DNA of 64,000 nt from Mobula hypostoma (GCF_963921235.1 NC_086097.1:208694001-208758000); one strand, 5' to 3'; counted from the first letter of the stretch, positions 25,570 to 37,158 are shown. A program made the numbers and translations. The notes: generated from the letters alone by a model not told the origin.

Positions 25570-26073
25570 TTAGTTTAAACACACCCGTGTTGCAGAGGCA
25601 AACCTGCCTGCCAGAATGCTGGTGCCCCGCTTATTAAGGTGCAACCCGTCCCTTTTGTACAATTCATCCTCACCCCGAAACATACCCCAGTGGTCCAAGA
25701 ATGTAAATCCTTTCTTCCTGCACCAGTTCCTCAGCCACACATTCAGATCCATTATCTCCCTGTTCTTGACCACTCCAGCACAGGGAACTGGAAGCAAACC
25801 AGAGATAACCACCCTGGAAGTCCTACTTTTCAGCCTTCTTCCGAGTTCTCTGAAGTCGCGCTGTAGAATGTCTTTCCTCTTCTTCCTCACGTCATTTGTG
25901 CCAACATGCACCACCACTTCCAGATGTTCACCTTCACTCTTGAGGATTCCCTGCAATCGGTCCGTGACCTCCTGGATCCTGGCACCAGGGAGGCAGCACA
26001 CCATCCTTAAATCTCGCCTGTTGCCACAGAAACCCCTTTCTATACCTCTCACTATGGAGTCCCCTACTACCAT
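25570..26073 (-). CDS. CR1 ORF1 C-terminal SGNH/GDSL esterase domain (partial; open frame, N-terminus missing)
   Basis: Block I VVGDSIVRG, block III VHVGTND, block V DGLHLN; an esterase ORF1 is established for CR1-clade LINEs. Confidence 0.85.
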   Translation of the reverse strand: MVVGDSIVRGIERGFCGNRRDLRMVCCLPGARIQEVTDRLQGILKSEGEHLEVVVHVGTNDVRKKRKDILQRDFRELGRRLKSRTSRVVISGLLPVPCAGVVKNREIMDLNVWLRNWCRKKGFTFLDHWGMFRGEDELYKRDGLHLNKRGTSILAGRFASATRVCLN

Positions 26074-27948
26074 GGCCCTGCCTGAATGTTTGTACTACTA
26101 GCTATAGTGGCCTGACTTCTCAGTATACATGCTCAGTTTCTGTTGGGGAAAGATTCAGAGGAAATCTGATTACACTGAAGTAATATTAGAAGCAGAAGAA
26201 ACACTTTGAAATTTGCAGAATGAATATAAAGATTTCTGGAAATGATTTCAGTGTGGTTCAGGCTCCTCAAAGGCCATCAAATCTCAACAGATATTACTGG
26301 ATTTTCTGGACCTGAACTTACAGCTGATAAACACTAGCTGGACCGGTCACAGAGGGGAGATACCACTGAACCTTTGTGCTCAAGGCATTATGTCTAGGTA
26401 GCAAGTAGACCTCTGGCTGGAGGGTGTAGTTACCTCCCTATGCTCCAAGAGGCAAGTCTGAGAGCTCGGCTTTGTAACTATTAACACTGATTTTGCCTTT
26501 AACAGTTTCCAGGTATCTCTTACCTTCATAGGCAATTCATAGCTTTTAAAAATTGAAATATATAAAATTAAAACAGAAAAATAAAAACACATAAACACAT
26601 AGAAATAACTAAAAAAACATAAACTGAAGCAAATTAATTAAAGAAAGTAGTTTCCATTTGGTCCTTATCTGCAGGCCTTCAATCCCTACTGAAATCAACG
26701 TTTTTTTTAGGTTCTACGCCAGGGGGATCTTCTACACCTGCCACTGAGTCCTAAACTCACCACAATGCATATATAAGGGCTTGCTTGAACACCAGTTCTG
26801 GATCCACCAGCGAGACTACTGATCCATCATTTCCCTGACTCATATGGAAGCATTTTGTACTGGGTCCAATTTCCTTCTCCTGGGAAAAAAACTCAAAGCC
26901 TCCAAGCTAAACCAAGGAAGCTTGATTTTCTTTATCCACGGAACCAGCCATGGTCGCAGAAGGAAGGTGCGGGGGTGGAGGTGGGCGGATTTTTGTACTT
27001 GGCAATACAATTTCCAGTATGATGTGTGAACAGATCACAGCTTACATTGCCCACGTTAAACAGGAATGAAATGAAGGCTAGCTCCCATTGTTGAATTAGA
27101 ACAGGAAGCTTGCAAGGGAACTTCAGAATATGGTTTCATCAAGTACTTTATAAAAGCAAAGCATATCAAATCATGTACAATGTGATTTCTAGGTCTTATT
27201 TGAATTCTTTATTACATTAGTGAAGGAAATAGTGCAAAGAACATTAGATACTCCAATGAACATTTAAAAACTAATTAAAAATAGAAAGTGCTGAAAGCAT
27301 TGAGCAAATCAGGCAACATCTGTGGAAAGTGAAAAATTGAATATTTCAGTTCAGAGACTCCTTTGTGTGACCTGAATATTTAACTCAGTTCCCTTTTTCT
27401 CTGAAGTTTTCTGGCATTACCATTTTGTTCTCAAATTTCCAACATCTGTAGCTTTCTCTGATTTAGAAAAGGTCATGGATTCAGTCCGGTACATCACAGG
27501 TAAAGCCCTCCCAACCATTGAGTATGTCTACATGAAACGCTGTTCTAGGAAAGCAGCATCCATCAACAAAGATCGTCACCACCCAGGCCATGCTCTTTTC
27601 TCGCTGCTGCCATCGGGTAGAAGGTACAAAAGCCTCAGGACTCACACTGCCAGCTTCAAGAACAGTCACTACCCCTCAGATATCAGGGTCTTGAACAAAA
27701 GGGGATAGCTACACTCACTTGCCATCCATTGAGATATTCCCACAACCAATGATCTCAATTTAAGGACTCTGTCTTGTTATTTCATGTTCTTATTATTTAT
27801 TGCCATTTACTTATATTTACATTTACACATTTTGTTGTCTTCTGGTTGATCTTTCATTTATCCTGTTATAGTTGCTATTCTATAGATTTGCTGAGTATGC
27901 CTACAGGAAAAAGTGGATCACAGGGTTATATGTGGTGATATAAACGTA

Positions 27949-28573
27949 GTTGGTTGGTTGGTTGGCTTCTGCCTGTCTTGAAGGACAATGGGTGATCATT
28001 CTCTCAATCACAAGCCTGAGTGGAAGGTATGGAGATCCTGAGATGCCCAGTCATCAAGGTCTCTCTCTCGGCCTTACCAGTGTAGTCCAAAGGAAAGCTT
28101 ATGAAGCAATATGTTTGGCACCAGTTTGGCTGCAGGAGCTGCTGGAAGGATGTTCAATGATGTCCAACACCTTAGGGGCTCCACTGTCTGGATTTACTCC
28201 CGTAGCCTTCCTCTCTCCTGAGGCTGCCCACAAGGCAGTGGGGCTATTTACTCATATCTGGGTATCTGGTTTTCGAGCACCAGGGTGTGTCCACATGCTG
28301 GTGGACCTGCGTGCTACATTTGCAAGGGCCAGACCTCCCCCCAGTCCTCTGTAGTTCAGCATGAGTCTGAAAAGAGTTCAGTTTCCGTGTGCTGCCAGCG
28401 AGGAGGCCCTATATGATGCTTGCTATTAGAGAGGCTAAGTAGTGGCAGGGAGAGATCCACACATTCAGCTCTCCTTTTTGTGAGACTGCTAGCCAGCGGT
28501 GGAAGCTGAAAGTGAGAGTGACAAGCAATATCCACAACATGACCAAACTAGACGTGCCACAACAACCATTTTG
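27949..28573 (-). mobile_element. Short non-autonomous RTE-like retroelement with (CCAA)n 3' tail and HDV-like ribozyme motif
   Basis: Interrupts a Rex1 tail with a diverged duplication (TGATATAAACGTA / TGACATATATTA); (TTGG)n at the left end; no coding ORF; RTE affinity is from recalled similarity. Confidence 0.65.
28349..28462 (-). ncRNA. Predicted HDV-like ribozyme (partly decayed)
   Basis: Minus strand GCC-TCCTCGCT-GGC-AGCACAC-GG-(P4 CTGAA/TTCAG)-GCTGAA-CTACAG; P1 5' candidate GTGTG at 28462-28458. Confidence 0.65.
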
Positions 28574-29034
28574 ACATATATTACTCTGATAATAAAATTT
28601 ACTTTGAACTTTGAGTTAATTGTCATGTCATTCTGCAATCACTCCATGTCAGAACATGCTGAAACTGTTTAACTCTCTTAACCACTCTGTATGGTTGCTT
28701 AGACAGTTAGAAAGTAACAAGGTTGGGGTCTTGTGAATGATATAAGTAACTTAGTTGGGTGATAATGGGTGCAATGTGTAGAGATTATGCTACTAGACTA
28801 ACAAAGAAGCCTGGACTAACGGTACAGGAAATCTGAGTTCAACTCCCACAGTTTAAATTCAGATGGAAAGGTCAGTTTAAGTGATTTTAATGGATTGTTC
28901 TGAACCCACGCCTAATCGCCTAATATGTTACAATCAGCCGATTCTAAATCATCAACGGAATTTATTGACCAATAACATGCTCATTCATGTTTGGTTTTAG
29001 TCTCAACAAGAATTTGCAGCTCTAAATCTCATTA

Positions 29035-29270
29035 AAGTTCAAATTTCAAAATAAAATTTATTATCGGAGTACATACATGTCACCACATAAAACCCTGAGA
29101 TTCTTTTTCCTGTGGGCATATTTAGCAAATCTATAGAAAAGTAACTGTAAACAGGATCAATGAACAGCAAACTGAGCAAATAAAAATATGAATGTACAGC
29201 AATAAATAACGAGAGGATGAAATAACAAGATAAAGAATCCTTAAAGTGAGACCATCAGTTGTGGCACACC
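29035..29270 (-). mobile_element. Rex1-type 3' tail fragment
   Basis: Reverse complement of the GAATCTCAGGGTT...GATAATAAAATTT...TTTGAACTTT tail. Confidence 0.7.
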
Positions 29271-29319
29271 AGAAGTGCAGCCTGGCTCAGAGAGTTGACT
29301 TCCACTGTTGCAGCAGTGC

Positions 29320-29695
29320 TGTTGCGTGAATGAAATCACCAGAGAAAAGTACTGGTAGCTATAAAGCAGCTTCTTTATTGGGCAAAACAAGATACAGCTG
29401 GCATTGTATTGAGGCCCTTTGGGTTGAAAGGCCTAGCTGGCCCAACGTGCGGCTGGATATTTTATGTGCTACAATGTATCTACAATGCTCTCTTTGAAAC
29501 TACACACAAACCTCACACCTCCTGATTTGCACCCACACCACAAATATCCAAGTGAATTGTAATCAGCATTGTCTGGTCTGGGATTCACAGCTTTTAGGAA
29601 CCCATTGTTCAGAGCTGAACTCCAAATTAAATCCACAATTTATACTCAGACTGGGGGCCGAAGTAAATGTGCTAAACCCAAAAATCACTCTAACA
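29320..29695 (-). mobile_element. Solo LTR (376 bp) with 5-bp TSD
   Basis: TGTT...AACA termini; flanks AGTGC (29315-29319) / AGCAC (29696-29700); TTTATT (~29375) is AATAAA on the minus strand. Confidence 0.75.
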
Positions 29696-30605
29696 AGCAC
29701 TACAATGTAACACCTAATAATAGGAAAAAAACTGTGAATTACAGTAAGTATATATTAAAGAGTTGTAGCGCAAAAATAAAAATAAAAAAAGTAGTGAGGT
29801 AGTGTTCCTGGGTTCAATCTCCATTCAGAAATCAGATGGCAGAGGGGAAGAAGCTGTCCTTAAATCACTGAGTGTGTGCCTTTAGGCTTCTGTACTTCCT
29901 TCCCGATGGTAGCAATGAGAGCAAGACATGCCCTGGGTGATGGGGGGCCTTAATGATAGATGCTGCCTTTTTGAGGCAAAACACCTTGAAGATGTCTTGG
30001 ATGCTACGGAGGCTAGTGCCCATGATGGAGCTGACTGAACTTACAACTCACTGGAAACATGAGGAAATCTGCAGATGCTGGAAATTCAAGCAACACACAT
30101 AAAAAAGACTGGTGAACATAGCAGGCCAGGCAGCATCTATAGGAAGAGGCACAGTCGACGTTTCGGGCTGAGACGAAGGATCTCGGCCCAAAACCTCGAC
30201 TGTACCTCTTCCTATAGATGCTGCCTGACCTACTGCATTCACCAGCATCTTTTATGTGTGTTACAACTCACTGCATCTTATTTCAATCCTGCGCAGTAGT
30301 CCCACCCCATACCAGCCAGTGATGCAGCCATGGTACATCTGTAGCAATCTGCTCCTGTCTTTGGTGCTGAACCAAATCTCCTCAAATTCATAATGAAATA
30401 TAGCCGTTGTCATGCCCCTCTTTGTAGCTGCATCGATATGTTAGGTCCAGGATAGATCCTCAAAGATATTGAAGTGAATATCTTGGAACCTGAAGTGGCT
30501 TACTCTTTTACTTCTGATCCCTCCACGATGTCTGGAATGTGTTCCTTCATCTTACCCTTTTTGAAGTCCAGAATCAGTTCTTTGGTCTTATTGACATTGA
30601 GTTCA
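29696..30605 (-). mobile_element. Rex1/Babar LINE fragment interrupted by a PLE hairpin
   Basis: Reverse-complement similarity to 13358-14086 throughout. Confidence 0.82.
30054..30260 (-). mobile_element. PLE-derived fold-back insertion with up to 13-bp TSD
   Basis: Arms ~30092-30173 and ~30181-30262; TTACAACTCACTG at 30041-30053 and 30261-30273. Confidence 0.9.
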
Positions 30606-30613
30606 AATTTATA

Positions 30614-31169
30614 TGTAACGTCCTGGGAAAGGTTTCACTGCTCATGTAAGGATTGTTCTGTAGTAGCAGTGTTTGGGTTATGACTAGAGATAACGAGGGC
30701 CCTGGAATATTCCACCATCCAATAAAGAGAGAGTTTTTTTTCTTGTTTGTGCCTGAGAGCGAGTTGTTCGAGGTTTTTTGTTCGGTGGAAGATGGAGAGA
30801 GAAGATGCCAGAACGGAGAGCTGGTAAACCGCAGTACAGAGTGAACTTGAAGTGAGGGTCCGGGAGTCGACGATGCTCGGAGGAAATTGATCGGGAATTA
30901 ATGGACAGAAAACTGTGATCTCCAATGTGCACAATAGACTGTTTCATTAAAATGGGCCCTTTCTCTTTTTGTTTTCTTTATCGTCAAATAAAGAATTATA
31001 AAGCTCAATTGTTTAATTGCCTGTGGAGTACTGTCTGATATTTTGTGGTACTGATTTGTAACCGGGTAAGACGTCACGCAGCATCCACACAAACGAGATT
31101 TCACAAGTTTGGCGGGCCAGAGACTGTCTTCCCCTAGACTAAAGCCGCCGGCTGAACCTGAGGGTTACA
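30614..31169 (+). mobile_element. Solo LTR (556 bp), Gypsy-like, TATA TSD
   Basis: Perfect TGTAAC...GTTACA termini; TATA at 30610-30613 and 31170-31173; strand is tentative. Confidence 0.85.
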
Positions 31170-31179
31170 TATAGATGGC

Positions 31180-31980
31180 CTTAGAGCAACAGCCTTTCAG
31201 CAAAACCAAACAGGTCATTACCAACTACACAAAGAGGAAGCTGAGGGCCCAAGAGCCAGCCTCATCAGGGGATCAGAGCTGGAGAAGGTCAGTAGTTTTA
31301 AATTCCTTGGCGTTAACATATCAGAGGATCTGTGTTGGACTAGCCCAGAAGTATTGTCACAAAAAAGGCATGGTGGATCCTCTATTTTCTTAGAAGTTGG
31401 CATAGATTCAGCATGACGTCTAAAACGTCTGCAGATTAAATGTCTCACAACAGTGAGGGTATCCTAAGTTGTGTTGAAAAACCAGTGCCACTACAGAAAG
31501 TGATAGGTGCAGCCCAGTCTTTCACAGGCAAAGCCTTCCCACCATTGAGTACATTTGCTTGGGGTGCTGCCACAAGAAATAAGCATTTATCATTAAAGAC
31601 CACACAAGCCATGCCCTTTTCTCGCTATTACCATTGGCCTGAAGGTACAGCAGCCTTAGATCCCACTCTACCAGGTTCAGAACAGTTACTACTCTACAAC
31701 CACCAGGGTCCTAAACCTGTGCAGATAACATTCATCTCTACTGACCTGATTCTATGACCTACAGGCTCACTTGCCAGGACTCTTTGCAATTCATTTTTTT
31801 AGTGTTACTTCTATTTGTGCAATTTATCTTCTTTTGCATATTGATTTCCAGTCTTTGTCTGCTTATGTATAGCTTTTTCATGAAATTCTTGTAAGTGCCT
31901 GCAAGAAAATGTATTTTGAGGAAGTATATGATAATCAGAATCAGAATGTGCACGTACTTAATAAATTTACCTCGAACTTG
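31180..31980 (+). mobile_element. Degenerate Rex1/Babar fragment
   Basis: GGAGAAGGTCAGTAGTTTTAAATTCCTTGGCGTTAACATATCAGAGGATCTG and Rex1-type tail. Confidence 0.72.
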
Positions 31981-33514
31981 GTACTTTTAACTCAGAAGTA
32001 ACTTTGACAGAAGATAGTAAGTCAAGAGCAGTAAAAGAAAATATTTCAAAACAAGCAAATACAAATAACTCAATACCATCCTCTGATAAACTAATGCTTT
32101 CTGACAAGAGGGTGGCCTTTAGATAAGTGGACATGCTGACTATTCAGAATTATTATTTGATTGAATATAATTTCGTTTTACATTTCCTTCAGGCTATGCT
32201 TGATATGCACATAAAATTGACATTATGAACTTCCCTTTTAGGTTTGTATTAGTGCCAAAGTTGAAGATATATTGTGTCCAATAATAAACCAGTGAGTCAG
32301 TGAGTGTAAGGAATAGAGTAAAAATTGTAGCCCCCTATTTTAACTCTTATTTCCCCAATAGTTTGCTATTATTTCCATAACGGTCCATAGGTCAAGGTCG
32401 AGACTAGTTCTGGGATTGTTTTACTTTAGCACCAACTGGCACTTTAGTTCCTTCCGGCATGCTCAGGGCTGGGAAACAGGTGACATTTGGACACTTGCCA
32501 TCAAGAATGAGCACAGGCCTCCTCAGCTGCAGCAGAATGTTTCACATTTGGTATTACAGCCATTTCCTTCAGAAAACCCAGGGTCATTCCGAATTATTGT
32601 CTGCCTGCATCCCACAGCAAGTGTCTTGAGCCTTTTCAAGAGTTCATTTTACTCCTTTGGTAAACGTCTTACCCAATATAATAACTGAACTGTTTACTTG
32701 TAACAAAGCCCTTCCTGCCTGCCCTCCTTAATGTTAACTAAGTGAAATCTCAGATTTCAAGGCCTGGTGATTAGTCTAAGAGCAGAGGAGAATTTTGGGT
32801 TCCCAAATCATGTTTGCTCCTTGTCAGGCTTGATAGTACTTCCTTCCTGCCTTCTCATGACTTCCTGACAGGGGCCTTATCACTGCAAAAAAATGTAATG
32901 TGCTTGTTGTACGGCAGAGGTTAGTTTCAACTCCATAAATGGTAATTTTGACAGTGTAAGGTGAAAAAGTAACTTTAAAATACGTAATGATCACCATTTT
33001 TGAGGATGTGGTGACATAACTTAGTAAAAGTGTTTTCTCCGATTCAGTATGAAATCTCCTGGCAGAAGTAAACACTGGAATGTGTTACAATGTTTTGTGT
33101 TTGCTAATATTCCAAGCACATTGTGTTTATTTTGGTCTTGTAACATTGTTGCCAGAGTATAGTCTGTCTGTTCCTGATAGTGGCTATGTTTGTGTTAGGG
33201 CACGGGTCAATCTGATAACGGTTTGTAGCAATGGTACAATAAGAAATGTTTAAAATGGGACTGGTGCAGAACTGCTAATCTTCTGAAAAAAATCACCACA
33301 CAATCAACAAAAGAACTTAATAGTTTAAAGGTAAAAATGGGATACTGAATAACTATATTAATGAATGCTGCTCTTCTGTAAATTTATGAGAGCATTGTAC
33401 TGAACTCGACTTGTTAAACTGAGAATGAGATTAATGACCCAGGGGTATCACTGCAAAATTTAATGTGTTAGTTTAAGAATCTTTATTTTGTTTTAAAATA
33501 TATGGAAGTGAAGC

Positions 33515-33700
33515 AAATCTGGAATAAAAAGATGACCATGAAACTGCCACACTGATGTAGAGACCCAACCTGATTCTTTGATGGTCTTTTTTTATAAAGG
33601 AAACACACCCTTCCTTCTCTGATCCGGACTATATGTGAGTCTAGTCGCACAGAAGTCTCGTCGAAATTGAACTGTTTTCTCACATATCCAAGCCACTCTA
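33515..33700 (+). mobile_element. Ancient chondrichthyan SINE remnant
   Basis: Recalled resemblance (AAATCTGGAAT...TGACCATGAAACT...GACTATATGTGA...CAAGCCACTC); possible related pieces at ~16875-16975 and ~28780-28860. Confidence 0.4.
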
Positions 33701-33741
33701 AAATTATGTGTATTTCATGATGAAAACTAAATATATATATT

Positions 33742-34516
33742 CAGCAAGACCTAAGGACTGATTGTGGACTTCAGAAAGGATAAGACGAGGGAACACACTC
33801 CAGTCCTCATAGAGGGACCAGAAGTGGACAGTGAGCAATTTGAAGTTCCTGCGTGTCTTATCTCTTAGAACCCAGCCTGGACCCAACATATTGATGCAGC
33901 TATAAAGAAGGCAAGACAGTGGTTATATTTCATTAGGGGTTTTAGAGGAGATTTGTTTTGTCACCAAAAACACTCACAAATTTCTTCATATGTACCATGC
34001 TAACTGGTTGCACCACCATCTGGTATGGGGAGTGGGGGGCCAGGGGGGCTACTGCATAGGGTTGAAGTAAGCTGCAAGAAGTTGTAAAATCAGCCATCTC
34101 CATCATGGGCACTAGCCTCTGTAGTATCCAGGTCATTTTCAAGGAGCAGTGCCTCAGGAAGGCAGCGTCCATCACTAAGGACCTCCACCACACAGGACAT
34201 GCCTTGTTCTCATTTCCACCATCAGGAAGGAGGTACAGAAGCCTGAACATACACACTTAACCACTCAGGAGCAGCTTCTTCCCCACTGCCATCTGATTTC
34301 TGAATGGACATTGAACGCATGAACACTATTTCACTGCTTTTTGTAAAATTACCTATTTTTTAAACCACTTAATTAATTCAACTATTTAATATATATACTT
34401 ACTATAACTCATAGTTCTCTTTTTTCCCTCTTTTGTCATGTTTTACATTGTGCTGCTGCCACAAAGTTAACAAATTTCACATGTGCCAATGATATTAAAC
34501 CTGACTCTGATTCTGA
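33742..34516 (+). mobile_element. Rex1/Babar LINE 3' fragment
   Basis: GATTGTGGACTTCAGAAAGG...AAGAAGGCAAGACAG...CCATCAGGAAGGAGGTACAG; (CTGATT) tail. Confidence 0.85.
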
Positions 34517-34624
34517 AAGAATATGAAATGAATTCTGGGAAAACCCTGAAGTGTATTTTCAGGCTAGGATTTTCCAAGGCTTTAATGACAGAGGTCTTTG
34601 TCCTTATGCAATTAGTGTTCCATC

Positions 34625-34940
34625 CATGTGGGTCCCTTCCTCCTTCCCTTTTTTCATTTGTCCACTCTCCTCTCTTATCATATTCTTTATTCTCCAGCCC
34701 TTGACCTTTCCCACCCACATGGCTTCACCTATTACCTTCCAGCTAGCCTCTTTCCCCGCTCTCCCAAACTTTTTGTTCTGGCATCCTCCCCCTTCCTTCC
34801 CAGTCCTGAAGAAGAGTCTCGGCCCGAAATGTCGACTGTTCACTCTTTCCTATAGAGGCTGCCTGACCTGCTGAGTTCCTCCAACATTTTATGTGTGTTG
34901 CTTTGGATTTCCAGCATCTGCAGACTTTCTCGTGTTTGTA
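34625..34940 (+). mobile_element. PLE 3' end with hammerhead motif at 34801-34838
   Basis: Pyrimidine-rich 3' UTR, then CAGTC-CTGAAGA-AGAGTCTCGGCCC-GAAA-TGTC-GACTG and the conserved tail. Confidence 0.85.
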
Positions 34941-35643
34941 AAAGTTCTGTATCCATTTATAAGTTTCCATCAAAACCACTTACATTGTCTCCAATGACCT
35001 TGATTAGTCATTATTATGAAAGTTGTAAGTCATAGTCTATAGGGAATACTAACTCCATGTGATGCCTTTGTGTTTTTTTCACTTTGGCATTTATGAGCAT
35101 ATAAATAATACTGTGATGAAAGGTGTGTAAAAACTCGAGACTCTGGGGATTTAAGAATTGATGTAGAGTTTATTCAGACATGGTTTGGGAGTCTCCTTTT
35201 CTGGGAGTGATTTCTCAGAGTGATTAGAGGTGCCAAACTTTATATTGCTCTGCTGTCCACTAGGTGAATGATGTCAGATTTTAGTCACTATAAATATTGG
35301 AAACAAGCAGGTCAAAAATCTTTGTTTAACTGAGTCAATTGATGTAGGGGAGCAAAGAACAAAAACATGAGTGTCATCTGAAAATATAATCTTATAGCAA
35401 TCAAAATCTTCCAGCAATCGGAATGGTTCCATTAATAAAGCTGTCACAAAGCTCTATTATCAGGTAATTTATATTTCAGTTGTATCAGAAGAATAACAGA
35501 TCATACACAGAACTATTTTACAATTGGCCCACAGATCCTTATGAGAGATGCTTGTGTAATACAGTGAGTGGAGATCTATGGTGTTGATATTTCCGAAGTA
35601 AGATCCCCATTTTTATCTGAAACTAAATTGGATTATTAATTCT

Positions 35644-36150
35644 AGACTATAGGACATAGGAGCAGAATTAGGCCATCTGGTCCATTGAGTCCGCTTTGCC
35701 ATTCAGTCATGGCTGATGCTTTTTTTTCTCCTCGTTAACCCCAGGTCCTGGCCTTCTCCCCGTAACCTTTGATGCCATGTTGAATCAAGAACCTATCAAT
35801 CTCTGCCTTAAATACACCCAACAACATGGCCTCCACAGCCACATGTGGCAACAAATTCCACAATTCACCACCCTTTGGCTAAAGAAATCTCTCCACATCT
35901 CTGTATTGAAAGAGCGCCCCTCTATCCTGAGACTGTGTCCTCTTGTCCTAGGCTCTCCCACCATGGGAAACATCCTTTCCACATCTACTCTGTCTAGGCC
36001 TTTCAACATTTGAAAGGTTTCAATGAGATCCCCCTTCATCCTTCTGAATTCCAGCAAGTACAGACCCAGAGCTATCAAACATTCCTCATATGATAACCCT
36101 TTCATTCCTGGAATCATCCTTGTGAACCTCCTCTGGACCTGCTCCAAAGA
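35644..36150 (-). mobile_element. CR1 3' fragment
   Basis: LEQVQRRFTRMIPGMKGLSYEE...RTRGHSL in ORF 35785-36240. Confidence 0.9.
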
Positions 36151-36630
36151 CAATAAATGTCTTATATCCAGTAAAAACTCCATGTTTTTAAAACTCCAGT
36201 CATTGTCAATCCAGATTGGGAGAGAATTTGTATAATTCATTGTCCGGTATCTAATTTAACTCAGTGTATTTTCTCCTTTCCAACAACTGACAACACGTCT
36301 CACTTTTACAGGTGGCACTACCTGAATCACCATGAGATTAAAAAGAACAGATTAAATATATAAGTGGATAGTCACAATGTGAAAGAAGTTAGAGATAAAT
36401 AAAAGCAACAAGAAAAACATGGGTGTGAAGAAGATATTAGAAATGGAGAAACCAAAGTTTTAAGGAGGAAGTTCAAGAGAATTGTTGTCTATCGGCTTCA
36501 TTATCAGTTCCTGGGATAAGATGCTACACAAAAGGCTGGAATCAGAAAACCAAAGACCATGGGAGCAAATGTGAGTTCGGAGAAGGCTGCAAAGATGGAA
36601 TGTAAAGTGACCAGCAGAAGACGAGGACAA

Positions 36631-37158
36631 ACAACAGGAATTCTGCAGATGCTGGAAATTCAAGCAACACACATCAAAGTTGCTGGTGAACGCAGCAGGC
36701 CAGGCAGCATCTCTAGGAAGAGGCGCAGTCGACGTTTCAGGCCGAGACCCTTCGTCAGGACTAACTGAAGGAAGAGTGAGTAAGGGATTTGAAAGCTGGA
36801 GGGGGAGGGGGAGATGCAAAATGATAGGAGAAGACAGGAGGGGGAGGGATAGAGCCGAGAGCTGGACAGGTGATAGGCAAAAGGGGATACAAGAGGATCA
36901 TGGGACAGGAGGTCCGGGAAGAAAGACGGGGGGGGGGTGGCCCCAGAGGATGGGCAAGAGGTATATTCAGAGGGACAGAGGGAGAAAAAGGAGAGTGAGA
37001 GAAAGAATGTGTGCATAAAAATGAGTAACAGATGGGGTACGAGGGGGAGGTGGGGCCTTAGCAGAAGTTAGAGAAGTCGATGTTCATGCCATCAGGTTGG
37101 AGGCTACCCAGACGGAATATAAGGTGTTGTTCCTCCAACCTGAGTGTGGCTTCATCTT
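36631..37158 (-). mobile_element. Young 5'-truncated Penelope-like element with 11-bp TSD
   Basis: Minus strand 37156-37058 encodes DEATLRLEEQHLIFRLGSLQPDGMNIDFSNFC* (GIY-YIG domain C-terminus), followed by 3' UTR, hammerhead and tail. GACGAGGACAA at 36620-36630 and 37159-37169. Confidence 0.92.
36726..36763 (-). ncRNA. Minimal type I hammerhead ribozyme (intact core)
   Basis: TAGTC-CTGACGA-AGGGTCTCGGCCT-GAAA-CG-TC^GACTG: helix I TAGTC/GACTG, CUGANGA and GAAA boxes, palindromic ACGU helix III, GUC cleavage triplet. Confidence 0.85.

Larger units (their letters stand above)
22503..26085 (-). mobile_element. Near full-length CR1 LINE (5'-truncated inside ORF1)
   Basis: Colinear ORF1 esterase, APE endonuclease, RT and 3' (CTATTGT)n tail; several frameshifts and stops. 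Confidence 0.96.
27466..28614 (+). mobile_element. Rex1/Babar 3' fragment whose tail is split by an RTE-like short element
   Basis: RKAASINKDRHHPGHALFSLLPSGRRYKSL; the tail resumes at ~28574 with ...GATAATAAAATTTACTTTGAACTTTGA. Confidence 0.85.

Noticed and set aside
26300..26780. Possible CR1 ORF1 N-terminus / 5' UTR remnant upstream of the long CR1
   Set aside because: The resemblance is too weak to call by eye.
32872..32919. Possible 48-nt plus-strand exon (pyrimidine tract-CAG|...GAG|GTTAGT)
   Set aside because: Such splice-like pairs are expected by chance in 64 kb; no recognisable protein.
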